Positions 1 through 9,743 of a DNA stretch of 64,000 bases are shown piece after piece; the stretch's first letter is position 1, and each line of letters starts with the position of its first letter. The notes below the pieces were generated by a model, which did no database searches, was not told the origin of the DNA, and saw only the letters and a list, made by a program, of their open reading frames with translations. Position numbers and translations under genes: made by a program. The stretch comes from Gammaproteobacteria bacterium (lineage in GTDB: Bacteria; Pseudomonadota; Gammaproteobacteria; JAJFJF01): assembly GCA_021774255.1 (NCBI GenBank), contig JAJFJF010000007.1, forward strand, positions 33,133 through 97,132. The letters are read 5' to 3'.

Positions 1-2
1 TT

Positions 3-1250
3 TCAGATGAGTTATCTGAACGCTTTTTAAAAGGTAAAGCGGTAGATACTCCAAAAAACTGGCACGAAGCATTTAAATTACTGCGGCAACAAATTGAAAA
101 ATTGAAGACAGATAAAAAAATCATCCTCTTTTTTGATGAGCTACCCTGGCTTGCATCCAAGCGCTCAAAATTCTTAGAAGCGCTTGACTATCTTTGGAAC
201 CGCCACCTATCACGCAATGATAAAATTGTTCTTGTTGTCTGCGGTTCTGCAGCCTCATGGATGCTCAAAAAAGTGATTAACAATAAAGCCGGGCTGTATG
301 GCCGTCTAACAAAGCAAATTCGACTACTGCCCTTCACACTCACTGAAACAGAAGCATTCTTGCAAGCAAAAAATATTGATTTAGATAGAAAACAGATCAT
401 TGAGCTTTATATGGCAATGGGCGGCGTACCGAAATATCTTAATTACATCACACGCGGGAAATCTGCAATCAAAAATATCAATGCCATTTGTTTTTCTCCT
501 GATGGACCACTTTTTAGTGAATTCTATAAGCTATATCATTCTTTATTTGATAATCACGAACACCATGTCAATATCATTAAAGCGTTGGCAGAAAAACCAG
601 CGGGCATGACAAAAGAAGATATTCTGAAAAAAATTAATCTTCAATCAGGTGGCTCAACAACCACTCTCTTCAGAGAATTAGAGGATTCTGGCTTTGTCAC
701 CCCCATCCCATCATTTGGAAAATCAAAACGAGGCAAATATTATCAATTAATCGATGAATACTCTATTTTCTATATTACCTGGATAGACGACATTAAAAAT
801 TACCATGCCCATGACTTAGAAGAAGACTACTGGATGAGAAAGCAGCTCTCTTCTGCTTGGCAAGCATGGTCTGGTCTTGCTTTTGAAAGCATCTGCCTTA
901 AGCACATCAAAAAAATAAAAGAAGCATTGGGGATAAGTGGTGTGAGCACACGCATATCAAACTGGCGCTATCGCCCTCACAATCAAGCAGAGCAAGGTGC
1001 CCAAATTGATCTCATCATTGATCGCGCAGATAACTGCATTAATTTGTGTGAGATCAAATACTACAATAAACCATTTCAGTTAAGCAAAGCCGATGCCAAT
1101 AAACTACACAATAGAAAATATATATTTAAAGAACATACCAACACACGGAAAGCACTCTTCAGCACACTGATCACAACGTATGGCGCAGAAAAAAACCCAA
1201 ACTACCTTGCCAGCGTAGACAATCAAATTACCATGGATGCCCTCTTCTAA
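3..1250 (+). CDS. AAA-family ATPase with C-terminal PD-(D/E)XK-like domain (ATPase_2/DUF234 type), 5'-truncated by window edge
   Basis: Frame open from base 3. Walker B IILFFDELPW, CGSAASWM, GGVPKYL and C-terminal QIDLIIDR...LCEIKY. Walker A lies outside the window. Confidence 0.8.
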   Translation, partial: SDELSERFLKGKAVDTPKNWHEAFKLLRQQIEKLKTDKKIILFFDELPWLASKRSKFLEALDYLWNRHLSRNDKIVLVVCGSAASWMLKKVINNKAGLYGRLTKQIRLLPFTLTETEAFLQAKNIDLDRKQIIELYMAMGGVPKYLNYITRGKSAIKNINAICFSPDGPLFSEFYKLYHSLFDNHEHHVNIIKALAEKPAGMTKEDILKKINLQSGGSTTTLFRELEDSGFVTPIPSFGKSKRGKYYQLIDEYSIFYITWIDDIKNYHAHDLEEDYWMRKQLSSAWQAWSGLAFESICLKHIKKIKEALGISGVSTRISNWRYRPHNQAEQGAQIDLIIDRADNCINLCEIKYYNKPFQLSKADANKLHNRKYIFKEHTNTRKALFSTLITTYGAEKNPNYLASVDNQITMDALF

Positions 1251-1272
1251 CACTAAACACTGCTTCTATCAT

Positions 1273-1349
1273 GGCAATGTCGCTCAGTCGGTTAGAGCAC
1301 AGCATTCATAATGCTGGAGCCGACGGTGCGACTCCACCCATAGCCACCG
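1273..1349 (+). pseudogene. Degenerate tRNA-Met(CAT)
   Basis: Intact D arm (GCTC/GAGC) and anticodon arm (CAGCA-TTCATAA-TGCTG). Acceptor stem has an A.A mismatch, T stem has 2 mismatches, T loop is TGCGACT and the 3' end is CCG. Confidence 0.75.
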
Positions 1350-1641
1350 ACTATTCAATTAGCTAGCAAAGCTTTTCCCATAAAATTCTCAAAATGAGTA
1401 ATTGAGGCCTTCTACAAGTTCAAAGGAAAAGTCTGACACTTGCAAACAAGATAAGTCAGCGATATATTCAACTTAGTAGGTAAGTTAATGAAAATATTGG
1501 TAGATAGTGCCGGCACCACCTGAATATCTGATCTATCCTACAAATTACAGCAAAAAATTCAAATCGAGAAATAATAGTGCCTCCACGCATCAGCAAGAAG
1601 AATATAATTACTTTAAACAACTAGACAGAGAAAAATAAGGC

Positions 1642-2784
1642 ATGGACTACGAAGATAGAATCCGGACTCTAGCAGATCGCGCAAAAAAACAAAAAGAACA
1701 TATCTCTACAGAAGAAGCGACCAAAACAGCATTGGTTATGCCGTTCATCGCTGCTTTGGATTACGATATATTTAATCCTCTAGAAGTTATTCCAGAGTAT
1801 ACCGCTGATATTGGAACCAAAAAGGGGGAAAAAGTAGATTACGCTATCAAACAAAATGACAAAATCATTATGCTGATCGAATGTAAGTGGCACGGCTGTG
1901 ATCTAAACAATGAGCATGCCTCTCAGCTATTTCGATACTTCTCATCTACAGAGGCACGGTTTGGGATCCTGACCAATGGCCTCATTTATCGTTTTTTCTC
2001 AGATCTTGAGCAACCGAATAAAATGGATGAGCGTCCTTTCTACGAATTTAATATCCTAAACTTTGAAAGCCACCAAATTGATGAACTTAAGAAATTCACC
2101 AAACACCATTTTAGTCTAGAGGATATTATAACAACTGCGAGCACTCTAAAATACACTGGTGCAGTCAAAAAGATCTTAGGGCAAGAGCTTCTTGACCCAT
2201 CTGAAAGCTTCGTTCGGTTTTTCGCATCTCAAATATACGATGGGAAGCTGACTAAATCAGTTTTAGAGCAATTTAAAGAAATCGTTAAAGATGCCAGAAA
2301 TCAATTTATTAACAATAAAATTAATGACCGTTTAAAATCAGTTTTAGCACAAGCAACAACCCCAGAGGAGAAACAAGATAAAAATACCAAACAAAAAGAA
2401 CCATCCTCCTCTGAAAATGCTATCCTTCGAACAGAAGAAGAAATGCAAGCTTACTACATGGTTAAAGCAATACTGCGCGCTTCCGTTGCCTCAAATCGTA
2501 TCTATATGCGTGACCATAAAAACTATCGCTTAATTTTATTAGACAATACCAATAGAAAACCTATCTGCCGCCTTTATTTTAGTGACTCAGCAAAAAAACA
2601 AATAATGCTTTTCAATAATGATTCTAAAGAAAAGCTTCCAATTAGAGACCTAAACGACATCTTCTCTCATGCTGAAACACTGCTGACAACAATTGACGAG
2701 TACGAAAACAAAAAAACATCGACTGACGAAGCAACTAATCAAGCTGTTCAAGGAAAAACTACTTCAGAGTATGAGCATGCTTAA
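1642..2784 (+). CDS. HsdR_N-domain (type I restriction enzyme R N-terminal-like) nuclease, COG4748-like
   Basis: TEEATKTALVMPF, EVIPEYTADIGTKKGEKVDYAI, LIECK, QLFRYF and GILTNG motifs. No helicase domain. Confidence 0.8.
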   Translation: MDYEDRIRTLADRAKKQKEHISTEEATKTALVMPFIAALDYDIFNPLEVIPEYTADIGTKKGEKVDYAIKQNDKIIMLIECKWHGCDLNNEHASQLFRYFSSTEARFGILTNGLIYRFFSDLEQPNKMDERPFYEFNILNFESHQIDELKKFTKHHFSLEDIITTASTLKYTGAVKKILGQELLDPSESFVRFFASQIYDGKLTKSVLEQFKEIVKDARNQFINNKINDRLKSVLAQATTPEEKQDKNTKQKEPSSSENAILRTEEEMQAYYMVKAILRASVASNRIYMRDHKNYRLILLDNTNRKPICRLYFSDSAKKQIMLFNNDSKEKLPIRDLNDIFSHAETLLTTIDEYENKKTSTDEATNQAVQGKTTSEYEHA

Positions 2785-3059
2785 CTTGCCGACAAGTAAA
2801 ATTTATAATCAGCGGTAACACGGTTTTTTACCCCACTTTCCGCTAGATATGATCCTTTAATTAGCGGTAAGATTTAATAGGTAAGGCCCCTTCGCTAATC
2901 ATAACGTCGCTCAGTTGGCATCGCCTTTACTATGCTTCAATTTGCCTGCATCTCTAATATATGACTTCAATACACCCCAGGAATAAGTTATCTAAATAAC
3001 AAATACTGGAGTGTTTTTTTTGCCTTAGACTCGATTAACAAGTGCAACTGCATCCTATT

Positions 3060-6000
3060 TTAAATAGCCATCATTTCAGTATCACCCTCTCGGGGTGTAC
3101 CACAACGTAGTTTGAATGCCTCTAAATAGCGCCCATCAAACCCTACCGCACAAATATATAAATCTGAAAATTCTGTTGGCACTCCCGAAAGAGTCATTGT
3201 TTTCCGATCAAAGTGCAGCCAATCAGGCAGATCATGCTTATCAGGCAAGTTTTGATACGAGCTGCCGCATAAGCGCCTGAGGCAAACTAAAAGTTTGTTT
3301 TGGGCTAGCACCGCAGGTGGTTTATTAAAAACTTTGATCAACTCTATTTTCTCACTAGGTACAGAAAATGTATGAGTAAATGTTTCGTGCAATGAAGCCT
3401 CTTCAGCATCTTGCTCATATTTTTTCTTGAGCAGAGTGTTCCACAGCAAAGCTTGCTTGCTGTATATGCCAAATATTGTAGACGCAATACTGCCAACGAT
3501 AATCAATGCAGTAATAACTTCCTGCACTGCAGACGCGCCTGCCACCGATAATAAAAAGCTACTACAAGCGCTCACGGTTCCATCGCTGGCGCACACTTTG
3601 ATCGTGTGTTTGCGATCTGCATAAGTGTTTGTGTCTGTGTTACTAGGCTTGCCCGAAAAGGTCCGTGTTGTTCCATCAAAGCTTAGCCAGTTCGGCAACG
3701 GCTTGTCGTTTGATTGCATAGCGCTGTACACAAGCACATTACCATTAGCATCAAAAAAAGTATCATCCGACACGGTGTATTGGAAGCTGCTGCCTACATT
3801 AACATTTTGATTAGGCAATTGATTCAACAACTGAGGAGGGAAATTAGTGTTGTCACGAATGGTTAAAGTAAACGTATCTAACACAAAACCACCACGCCCG
3901 TCTTCAGCACGTACGCTAATGCGAATAAACCCAACGATGGCTGGCGTACCTGCAAACGCTTTAGTTTGCGTATCAAACGCTAGCCAGTTTGGCAGTATCG
4001 CGCCACCTTCCAATGCCGCAGAGTAAGTCAAAGGGTCACTGTCTGGGTCATCAAATGTATTGGGAGGCACCGTCAAGCCCCAAGGCTCAGCATTAGTTGC
4101 AGTTTGATCTGGAATTTCTACAGTGACCACCGGAGGGCTGTTACCCGAGCCAACAGCCCCAACAGAAAGAATAAATGCTGTTGAAACAAACCCTCCGTAC
4201 CCATCGTCTCCGCTTACCTGTAGTGTATATTGCCCCTCATCTACTAATGAGGGTGTGCCACTGAGCAGTCTAGTGCTACTAGAAAAGGTGAGCCAATTGG
4301 GTAGCACACCTAAATCAAATAAAACCGCATCATACGTTAAACTATCGCCGTCTGGGTCAACAAACGTATTGATAGCAATGGTTAAGCCAAAAGGGAGGTT
4401 ATAAAATGCGTTGGCGTCATTTATTGGGTTTTGCAGCACAGGAAGGCGATTGTTCACTGTTAAATTGAAAGACCCGGTTACGCTTCCACCAAATTCATCG
4501 CTAGCCGTCACAGCAACATTGAGAATACCTTGGCCACCTGAAGTAGGCACTCCAAAAAAAGTGCGCGTGCTGCTGGTAAGGCTGAGCCAGCTGGGTAAGG
4601 CTCCGCCGCCACTTTGCCCGGCAGTGTAGTGTAAGGCATCGCCATCTCCATCCGAGAAAGTGTTGGCGGCAAAAGTGTAGTTCAATGTTGCACTCACGTT
4701 TACGGCTTGGTTGGCTAGGCCGTTATCTTGCACCGGGTCACGATTGGTGACGGTCAAGATAAACTGATCGCTGGCGGCAGTACTCGCATTATTCGTCGCC
4801 GTGACTTCGATATTGTAGCTCCCTTGGTTGCCCGAGAGCGGCGTGCCGGAAAAGGTTCGCGTGCTGGGCGTGAAGGTCAGCCAGCCCGGCAAGGCTCCTC
4901 CGCCAACAGATTGGGCGCTGTAGTCCAATGTTGGATCTAATGCGTCGGTAAACGCATTCGCTGGCACCACAAAGCTAAAGACCGCATTGACTGCGGTTGA
5001 TTGGTCTTGCAAGGGATTGGTGACCAATAGATCTGAGAATGTAAAGTTATAAGCAGCAAACCGCCCCTGACTATCTTCGACTTTAACAGTAATAGTATAG
5101 CTAGCTTGAACTGTGGGCGTGCCCGACAGTTGCCATTGACTCACATCGATAACCTGAAGACCTAAATCAGAATCCGCCACATAGGCGAGCGTGCCCACCA
5201 CTGTGATGCCAAAAGCATCGCCCGGGGTATTGTAGCTGCCCACCAAGGTCGGCACACTGGGCGTGCTTACATCGATTATCTTAAGGCCTGAAAGGCCATC
5301 CGCCACATAGGCGAGCGTGCCCACTACTGTGATGCCAAAAGCAGTGTTCGGCGTGTTGTAGATTCCCACAAAGGTTGGCGCACTGGGCGTGCTCACATTG
5401 ATAATCTGAAGGCCTGAACTCCCATCTGCCACATAGGCGAGCGTACCCACCACCGTGATGCGGTGAGCAGTGCCCGGTGTATTGTAGCTTCCCACCAAGG
5501 TCGGCGCGCTGGGCGTGCTCACATTGATAATCTGAAGGCCTGAATTCTCATCTGCCACATAGGCGAGGTTGCCCACCACCGTGATGTCATAAGCATTGTC
5601 CGGGGTAATGTAGCTTCCCACCAAGGTCGGCGCACTGGGCGTGCTCACATCGATTATCTGAAGGCCCCTATTATAATCCGCCACATAGGCGAGCGTGCCC
5701 ACCACCGTGATGCCCCGAGCAAAGCCCGGCGTGTTGTAGCTTCCCACAAAGGTTGGCGCACTGGGCGTGCTTACATCGATTATCTTAAGGCCTCCATCCG
5801 CCACATAGGCAAGCGCGCCCACCACCGTGATGCCCCGAGCAAAGCCCGGGGTATTGTAGCTGCCCACCAAGGTCGGCGCCTTCATCGTTAACGTCACCCC
5901 ACTCGGCAGCGGCGAGCCGTTAGCTTGCTGGACTGTTAGAACTAAATTCTCATTAATGTCAGGGTGGCTAAAGTTCGTTCGTAAGTTAATGAGTTGATTC

Positions 6001-6119
6001 AGCGGCGTGCTCGTCGGCTGGTCTGGAATTTGCTGCAAAATCACCGGCCCCTGCGCCACCACTGTGATGCAGTTCACCAAGACAAGCGCAAACAAAACGA
6101 GAAGCGCCCTGCGCAGCAT
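3060..6119 (-). CDS. Single-pass membrane protein: signal peptide, 6 LVIVD repeats, He_PIG/cadherin-like stalk, TM helix, Ig-like tail
   Basis: Hydrophobic N-terminus, repeated AYVAD..GLQIIDVS, repeated LPxWLxF...SGTP, TM VITALIIVGSIASTIFGIY. Confidence 0.85.
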   Translation of the reverse strand: MLRRALLVLFALVLVNCITVVAQGPVILQQIPDQPTSTPLNQLINLRTNFSHPDINENLVLTVQQANGSPLPSGVTLTMKAPTLVGSYNTPGFARGITVVGALAYVADGGLKIIDVSTPSAPTFVGSYNTPGFARGITVVGTLAYVADYNRGLQIIDVSTPSAPTLVGSYITPDNAYDITVVGNLAYVADENSGLQIINVSTPSAPTLVGSYNTPGTAHRITVVGTLAYVADGSSGLQIINVSTPSAPTFVGIYNTPNTAFGITVVGTLAYVADGLSGLKIIDVSTPSVPTLVGSYNTPGDAFGITVVGTLAYVADSDLGLQVIDVSQWQLSGTPTVQASYTITVKVEDSQGRFAAYNFTFSDLLVTNPLQDQSTAVNAVFSFVVPANAFTDALDPTLDYSAQSVGGGALPGWLTFTPSTRTFSGTPLSGNQGSYNIEVTATNNASTAASDQFILTVTNRDPVQDNGLANQAVNVSATLNYTFAANTFSDGDGDALHYTAGQSGGGALPSWLSLTSSTRTFFGVPTSGGQGILNVAVTASDEFGGSVTGSFNLTVNNRLPVLQNPINDANAFYNLPFGLTIAINTFVDPDGDSLTYDAVLFDLGVLPNWLTFSSSTRLLSGTPSLVDEGQYTLQVSGDDGYGGFVSTAFILSVGAVGSGNSPPVVTVEIPDQTATNAEPWGLTVPPNTFDDPDSDPLTYSAALEGGAILPNWLAFDTQTKAFAGTPAIVGFIRISVRAEDGRGGFVLDTFTLTIRDNTNFPPQLLNQLPNQNVNVGSSFQYTVSDDTFFDANGNVLVYSAMQSNDKPLPNWLSFDGTTRTFSGKPSNTDTNTYADRKHTIKVCASDGTVSACSSFLLSVAGASAVQEVITALIIVGSIASTIFGIYSKQALLWNTLLKKKYEQDAEEASLHETFTHTFSVPSEKIELIKVFNKPPAVLAQNKLLVCLRRLCGSSYQNLPDKHDLPDWLHFDRKTMTLSGVPTEFSDLYICAVGFDGRYLEAFKLRCGTPREGDTEMMAI
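5139..5879 (-). repeat. Six near-identical tandem ~126-bp (42-aa) LVIVD repeats
   Basis: Recurring plus-strand blocks gccacataggcgagcgtgcccaccaccgtgatg and cgcactgggcgtgct. Confidence 0.9.
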
Positions 6120-6197
6120 CTTTTACAAAGACAGTTAAAGCCGTAAATTTGTTTCTTCTAGGAACTCACTTTCCTTCAAAGTTTCTAACAGTATGTT

Positions 6198-6214
6198 GTA
6201 ACATCATGGTGTAA
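6198..6214 (-). promoter_or_regulatory. TTAC-N7-TGTTAC element upstream of 3060..6119
   Basis: Sense aaaTTACaccatgaTGTTAC, exact match, 78 nt before the ATG. Confidence 0.65.
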
Positions 6215-6364
6215 TTTCATTGCGTATCAGTTCGGCTGCTCAAAAAATGACCAGATTCATGCAATTACTTGATTTATATATAAAAATAAATTTAAATTTT
6301 TTGTAACAGCCCGCAGGTATGAGGAAAAACGCCCCACACTTAACTCAAATTGAGGAGAAATATA

Positions 6365-6393
6365 TTGTCAGCTAGCAAACTTTATGTTAGAAT
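6365..6393 (+). promoter_or_regulatory. Sigma70 promoter for the outer membrane protein gene
   Basis: TTGTCA-17 nt-TAGAAT with extended -10 TG. Confidence 0.6.
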
Positions 6394-6445
6394 GTTTGCT
6401 GCGAATACCGCAACAAGAGAAAAATATTAATAAAAAGAGGTCCTT

Positions 6446-7135
6446 ATGTTTAATCTTAAACGATACCTGTCTGTCGGCTCTGCTTTAGTTTGTTTCCTAG
6501 CTATTCCTTATGCCAGTGCTGAAACCAACACCATTGACTCAATGGCGTCAGTCGAATCAACCGATTCACCTATCGCTGAGTTTTTCGATAAATCTCGCGC
6601 AAACTTCCAAAAAAATGTCTATCTAGAAGGTAACTTCGGTTATAGCACCGGTGACGCCTTTGATGACTTTTCATCTGATTATTTTGATGTCACTGACGGT
6701 GGTTTTGGTTTCAGCACCAACGTAGGTTACCAATTTACTCCTTTCTTCGCGCTAGAAACAGGTTTCATCTATTTTGCGCCGCAAGAGGTTGAAACCAACT
6801 GGGGCGATAAGCTGACACAAGATGTTTATGCAGGTCATCTTTCTGCCAAAGGGATTTTACCTTTAGCGGACAGTGGCTTTAGTGTATTCACTAAACTAGG
6901 CTATGCGTTCACCTATACCGAAGTAGAAGCCAGCGGTGGCTTTGCTGACGGTTGCACCGATGACGAAGTAGGCGGCAGTTTCTTGCTGGGTTTTGGTGCA
7001 GCTTATGCGATTAATGAGCGCCTAGCAGCCAATGCACAGTGGAACCGTGTGTTTGCTGTCAGCAACATCCCAGGTGGCAGCGACTTTGACATGGATCTCT
7101 TCACCGTCGGTCTTGCTTATAAATTTCTTATCTAA
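6446..7135 (+). CDS. OmpA-like 8-stranded outer membrane beta-barrel protein
   Basis: Sec signal ending YASA, GYQFTPFFALETGF, terminal VGLAYKF, SD gagg. Confidence 0.8.
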   Translation: MFNLKRYLSVGSALVCFLAIPYASAETNTIDSMASVESTDSPIAEFFDKSRANFQKNVYLEGNFGYSTGDAFDDFSSDYFDVTDGGFGFSTNVGYQFTPFFALETGFIYFAPQEVETNWGDKLTQDVYAGHLSAKGILPLADSGFSVFTKLGYAFTYTEVEASGGFADGCTDDEVGGSFLLGFGAAYAINERLAANAQWNRVFAVSNIPGGSDFDMDLFTVGLAYKFLI

Positions 7136-7158
7136 ATAAGACAGACTGTTTCACCAAC

Positions 7159-7195
7159 AAAAAAGCGCGCTATCGAACGGTAGCGCGCTTTTTTT
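7159..7195. terminator. Bidirectional rho-independent terminator
   Basis: aaaaaagcgcgctatc-gaac-ggtagcgcgcttttttt between convergent genes. Confidence 0.85.
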
Positions 7196-7198
7196 GAT

Positions 7199-8452
7199 CT
7201 AAGGCGTGTTGTGGGTGGAATTGTTTTCATCCGATGCGCTATCTGCTTGCTTGGCCAGCTCCCAGCGCAGTACGGGCAAGTAGCTTAAAAAGGCTAAAAT
7301 AGCGGCCCCACCGGCAATCAATGCCATTGACCACATGGTGTCGTTGTATACCATACTCATCACCAAGCTTCCTAACGTGCCGCCTCCCATCATGCAAAAC
7401 GACAACAACGCCGACGCCGAACCTTTAGATTGCTTCACGGCAGATAAGGCCGTGTTACTGAGTGCCGGATGCGCTAAACCAAACCCAAATTCAAGCACCA
7501 CAATACTCACCAAAAAAGCGGTTAATGTCGGCGACACAAAACCAACCCCTATCAACATAATGCCCCCTAATAGGGATAGCACTAGCCCCGCTAAAATAAT
7601 TTTATAACTCGCAACACGCCTGGCAAGCTTGCCGGTAATGGTCGCACCCACCATATAACTTGCCATCGCAGGGATCAATGTGAAACCCAGCAACTGTGGT
7701 GAGATCCCTAGAAATTCAATCACAATAAATGACACCGACGTAATATAAGCCAAAATGGCACCGAGCAAGGCGCCCAGTGATAGCGCAGGCCCTAAGAAAG
7801 CATAATTTTTTAATATCGATACATAAGTGCTTGTTAGCTGCTTTGGATTCAATGCCTCTGGGTTTAAATTTTCATTGGTTTCCGGCATGCGACGCCATAA
7901 ACCCAACAATAAAACCAACGCAATGAGGGCCACCAGATAAAAATTGGCTTGCCAGCTGATCGTAATATAAACCACCCCCCCGATAATGGGCCCCAGAATA
8001 GGCGATAGCGACGTGCAAATACCCAGCAAGGCCATCATTTGCGTGGACTGGTGCGTCTCTTTAAACATTTCATTCACAATGGCCATTGCGGCAATCAGCA
8101 AGCCCGAAAAAGCCACCCCTTGCAATACGCGTCCAATAAAAAAGACAACAAAACTAACAGAAAATGAACACAGCAAACTGGCCAGCACTAACAATATGCC
8201 CGCGCCTAATAATAGCGGTCGTCGACCATAACGATCAGAAAGTGGGCCAAAAATAAGTTGAAGCAGTATCGAACCGATAAACCAAGCAGACAGCGTTGCC
8301 TGAATCCAATTATCAGAAGTATTAAATACCTCTGTCAGTATTGGCATACTCGGCATGTACATATCGTTAGATAACGCACCCACAAAGGTGCAGCTCACGA
8401 CTAAAAAAGAAACAAGCGAAAATAATTTAACCGGCGATGAAGTCATTGGCAT
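7199..8452 (-). CDS. Bcr/CflA-family MFS drug efflux transporter
   Basis: DMYMPSMP, GPLSDRYGRRP (motif A), MPET, about 12 TM helices. Confidence 0.85.
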   Translation of the reverse strand: MPMTSSPVKLFSLVSFLVVSCTFVGALSNDMYMPSMPILTEVFNTSDNWIQATLSAWFIGSILLQLIFGPLSDRYGRRPLLLGAGILLVLASLLCSFSVSFVVFFIGRVLQGVAFSGLLIAAMAIVNEMFKETHQSTQMMALLGICTSLSPILGPIIGGVVYITISWQANFYLVALIALVLLLGLWRRMPETNENLNPEALNPKQLTSTYVSILKNYAFLGPALSLGALLGAILAYITSVSFIVIEFLGISPQLLGFTLIPAMASYMVGATITGKLARRVASYKIILAGLVLSLLGGIMLIGVGFVSPTLTAFLVSIVVLEFGFGLAHPALSNTALSAVKQSKGSASALLSFCMMGGGTLGSLVMSMVYNDTMWSMALIAGGAAILAFLSYLPVLRWELAKQADSASDENNSTHNTP

Positions 8453-8585
8453 TCCAAATAAAATTTTTCATAGGTTACAGTATATTACGTTACAATTTCA
8501 AGGTGCGTTTGCTTTCAGGGCAGCAAAACTTGCCTCTGCGCTAAAACCTGGCATGATGAGGCTATCAAACAAGGAGGCCATCAAT

Positions 8586-9743
8586 ATGACACTCACCCCC
8601 ACGGTTACCAGTAAACTCCCCCACGTAGGCACCACTATTTTTACGGTGATGTCACAGCTTGCACACCAACATAAGGCCATTAATCTTGCGCAAGGCTTTC
8701 CTGATTTTGATTGCCCCGCGCCACTTCGCGAGCGCGTCACTTTCCACATGAACGCCGGCAAAAATCAATACGCCCCCATGCCTGGCGTGCCTGAACTGCG
8801 CGAACAAATCGCCATTAAAACCAAAAAGTGTTACGGGCGTGATGTATGCATGGACAATGAAATTACCGTGACATCCGGCGCAACGGAAAGCTTATTTTCT
8901 GCCATCAGTGCAGTGGTACATCGAGGCGATGAAGTGATTATTTTTGACCCGGCGTATGATGCTTATGCACCGGCAGTGGCGCTTTGCGGAGGGAAGTCGA
9001 TTCACATTCCTTTGCTTGCCCCTGATTATGCCATTGACTGGCAGCAAGTCAAGGACAGTATTTCTGACAAGACACGTTTGATTATTATTAATTCACCGCA
9101 TAACCCTACCGGCAGTGTATTAAGTACTGATGATTTAGAGGCGCTTGCCAACCTTGTACGCGATACGCCGATTTTAATTATTTCCGACGAAGTGTATGAG
9201 CATATTACGTTTGATGGTGAGGAACATGCCAGCGTGTTACGCCATCAAGCACTTTCTGAGCGCGCTTTTGTTATTTCATCTTTTGGAAAAACGTACCATA
9301 CCACTGGTTGGAAATTAGGCTACTGTGTGGCCCCCAAAGCACTGACGGCTGAGTTTCGCAAGGTGCACCAATACCTGACGTTTTGTAGCACCACACCGAT
9401 GCAGTACGCCGTAGCAGACTACCTTGCCCAAGCGCCTGAACACTATGAAGCCTTGCCTGATTTTTATCAAGCAAAGCGCGATAAATTTTGTGCACTATTG
9501 AAAGGATCGCGTTTTCGTTTAATGCCAGCAAAGGGCACTTACTTTCAGTTGCTCGATTACAGTGATATCACCGATCAAAAAGACACCGACTATGCACGCT
9601 ACCTTACCGAAACATTAGGCGTGGCCAGCGTACCCATTTCTGTTTTTTATGAAAACCCACCCGCACAACATATGTTACGCTTTTGTTTTGCAAAAGATGA
9701 AAAAACATTGATAGAGGCGGCAGAACGCTTATGCACAATTTAA
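8586..9743 (+). CDS. ybdL: Methionine aminotransferase (PLP class I)
   Basis: SKLPHVGTTIFTVMS, NLAQGFPDF, SFGKTYHTTGWKLGY. Start moved to the ATG after SD aggagg. Confidence 0.85.
   Translation: MTLTPTVTSKLPHVGTTIFTVMSQLAHQHKAINLAQGFPDFDCPAPLRERVTFHMNAGKNQYAPMPGVPELREQIAIKTKKCYGRDVCMDNEITVTSGATESLFSAISAVVHRGDEVIIFDPAYDAYAPAVALCGGKSIHIPLLAPDYAIDWQQVKDSISDKTRLIIINSPHNPTGSVLSTDDLEALANLVRDTPILIISDEVYEHITFDGEEHASVLRHQALSERAFVISSFGKTYHTTGWKLGYCVAPKALTAEFRKVHQYLTFCSTTPMQYAVADYLAQAPEHYEALPDFYQAKRDKFCALLKGSRFRLMPAKGTYFQLLDYSDITDQKDTDYARYLTETLGVASVPISVFYENPPAQHMLRFCFAKDEKTLIEAAERLCTI

Noticed and set aside
1507..1518. GTGCCGGCACCA resembling a tRNA-Thr 3' end (att remnant)
   Set aside because: Only 12 bp, with no T arm and no partner copy in the window.
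2886..2920. ggcccctt...gctcagttgg resembling tRNA 5' fragments
   Set aside because: No cloverleaf can be folded, and the match is too short to support.
5139..5879. LVIVD repeats as a CRISPR array or DGR target
   Set aside because: The repeats are in-frame coding units with no spacers. No cas gene or reverse transcriptase is in the window, and the variation is not visibly adenine-specific.
6303..6319. Second motif copy upstream of 3060..6119
   Set aside because: Only the TGTTAC half matches, and the spacing to a TAC half-site is off by one.
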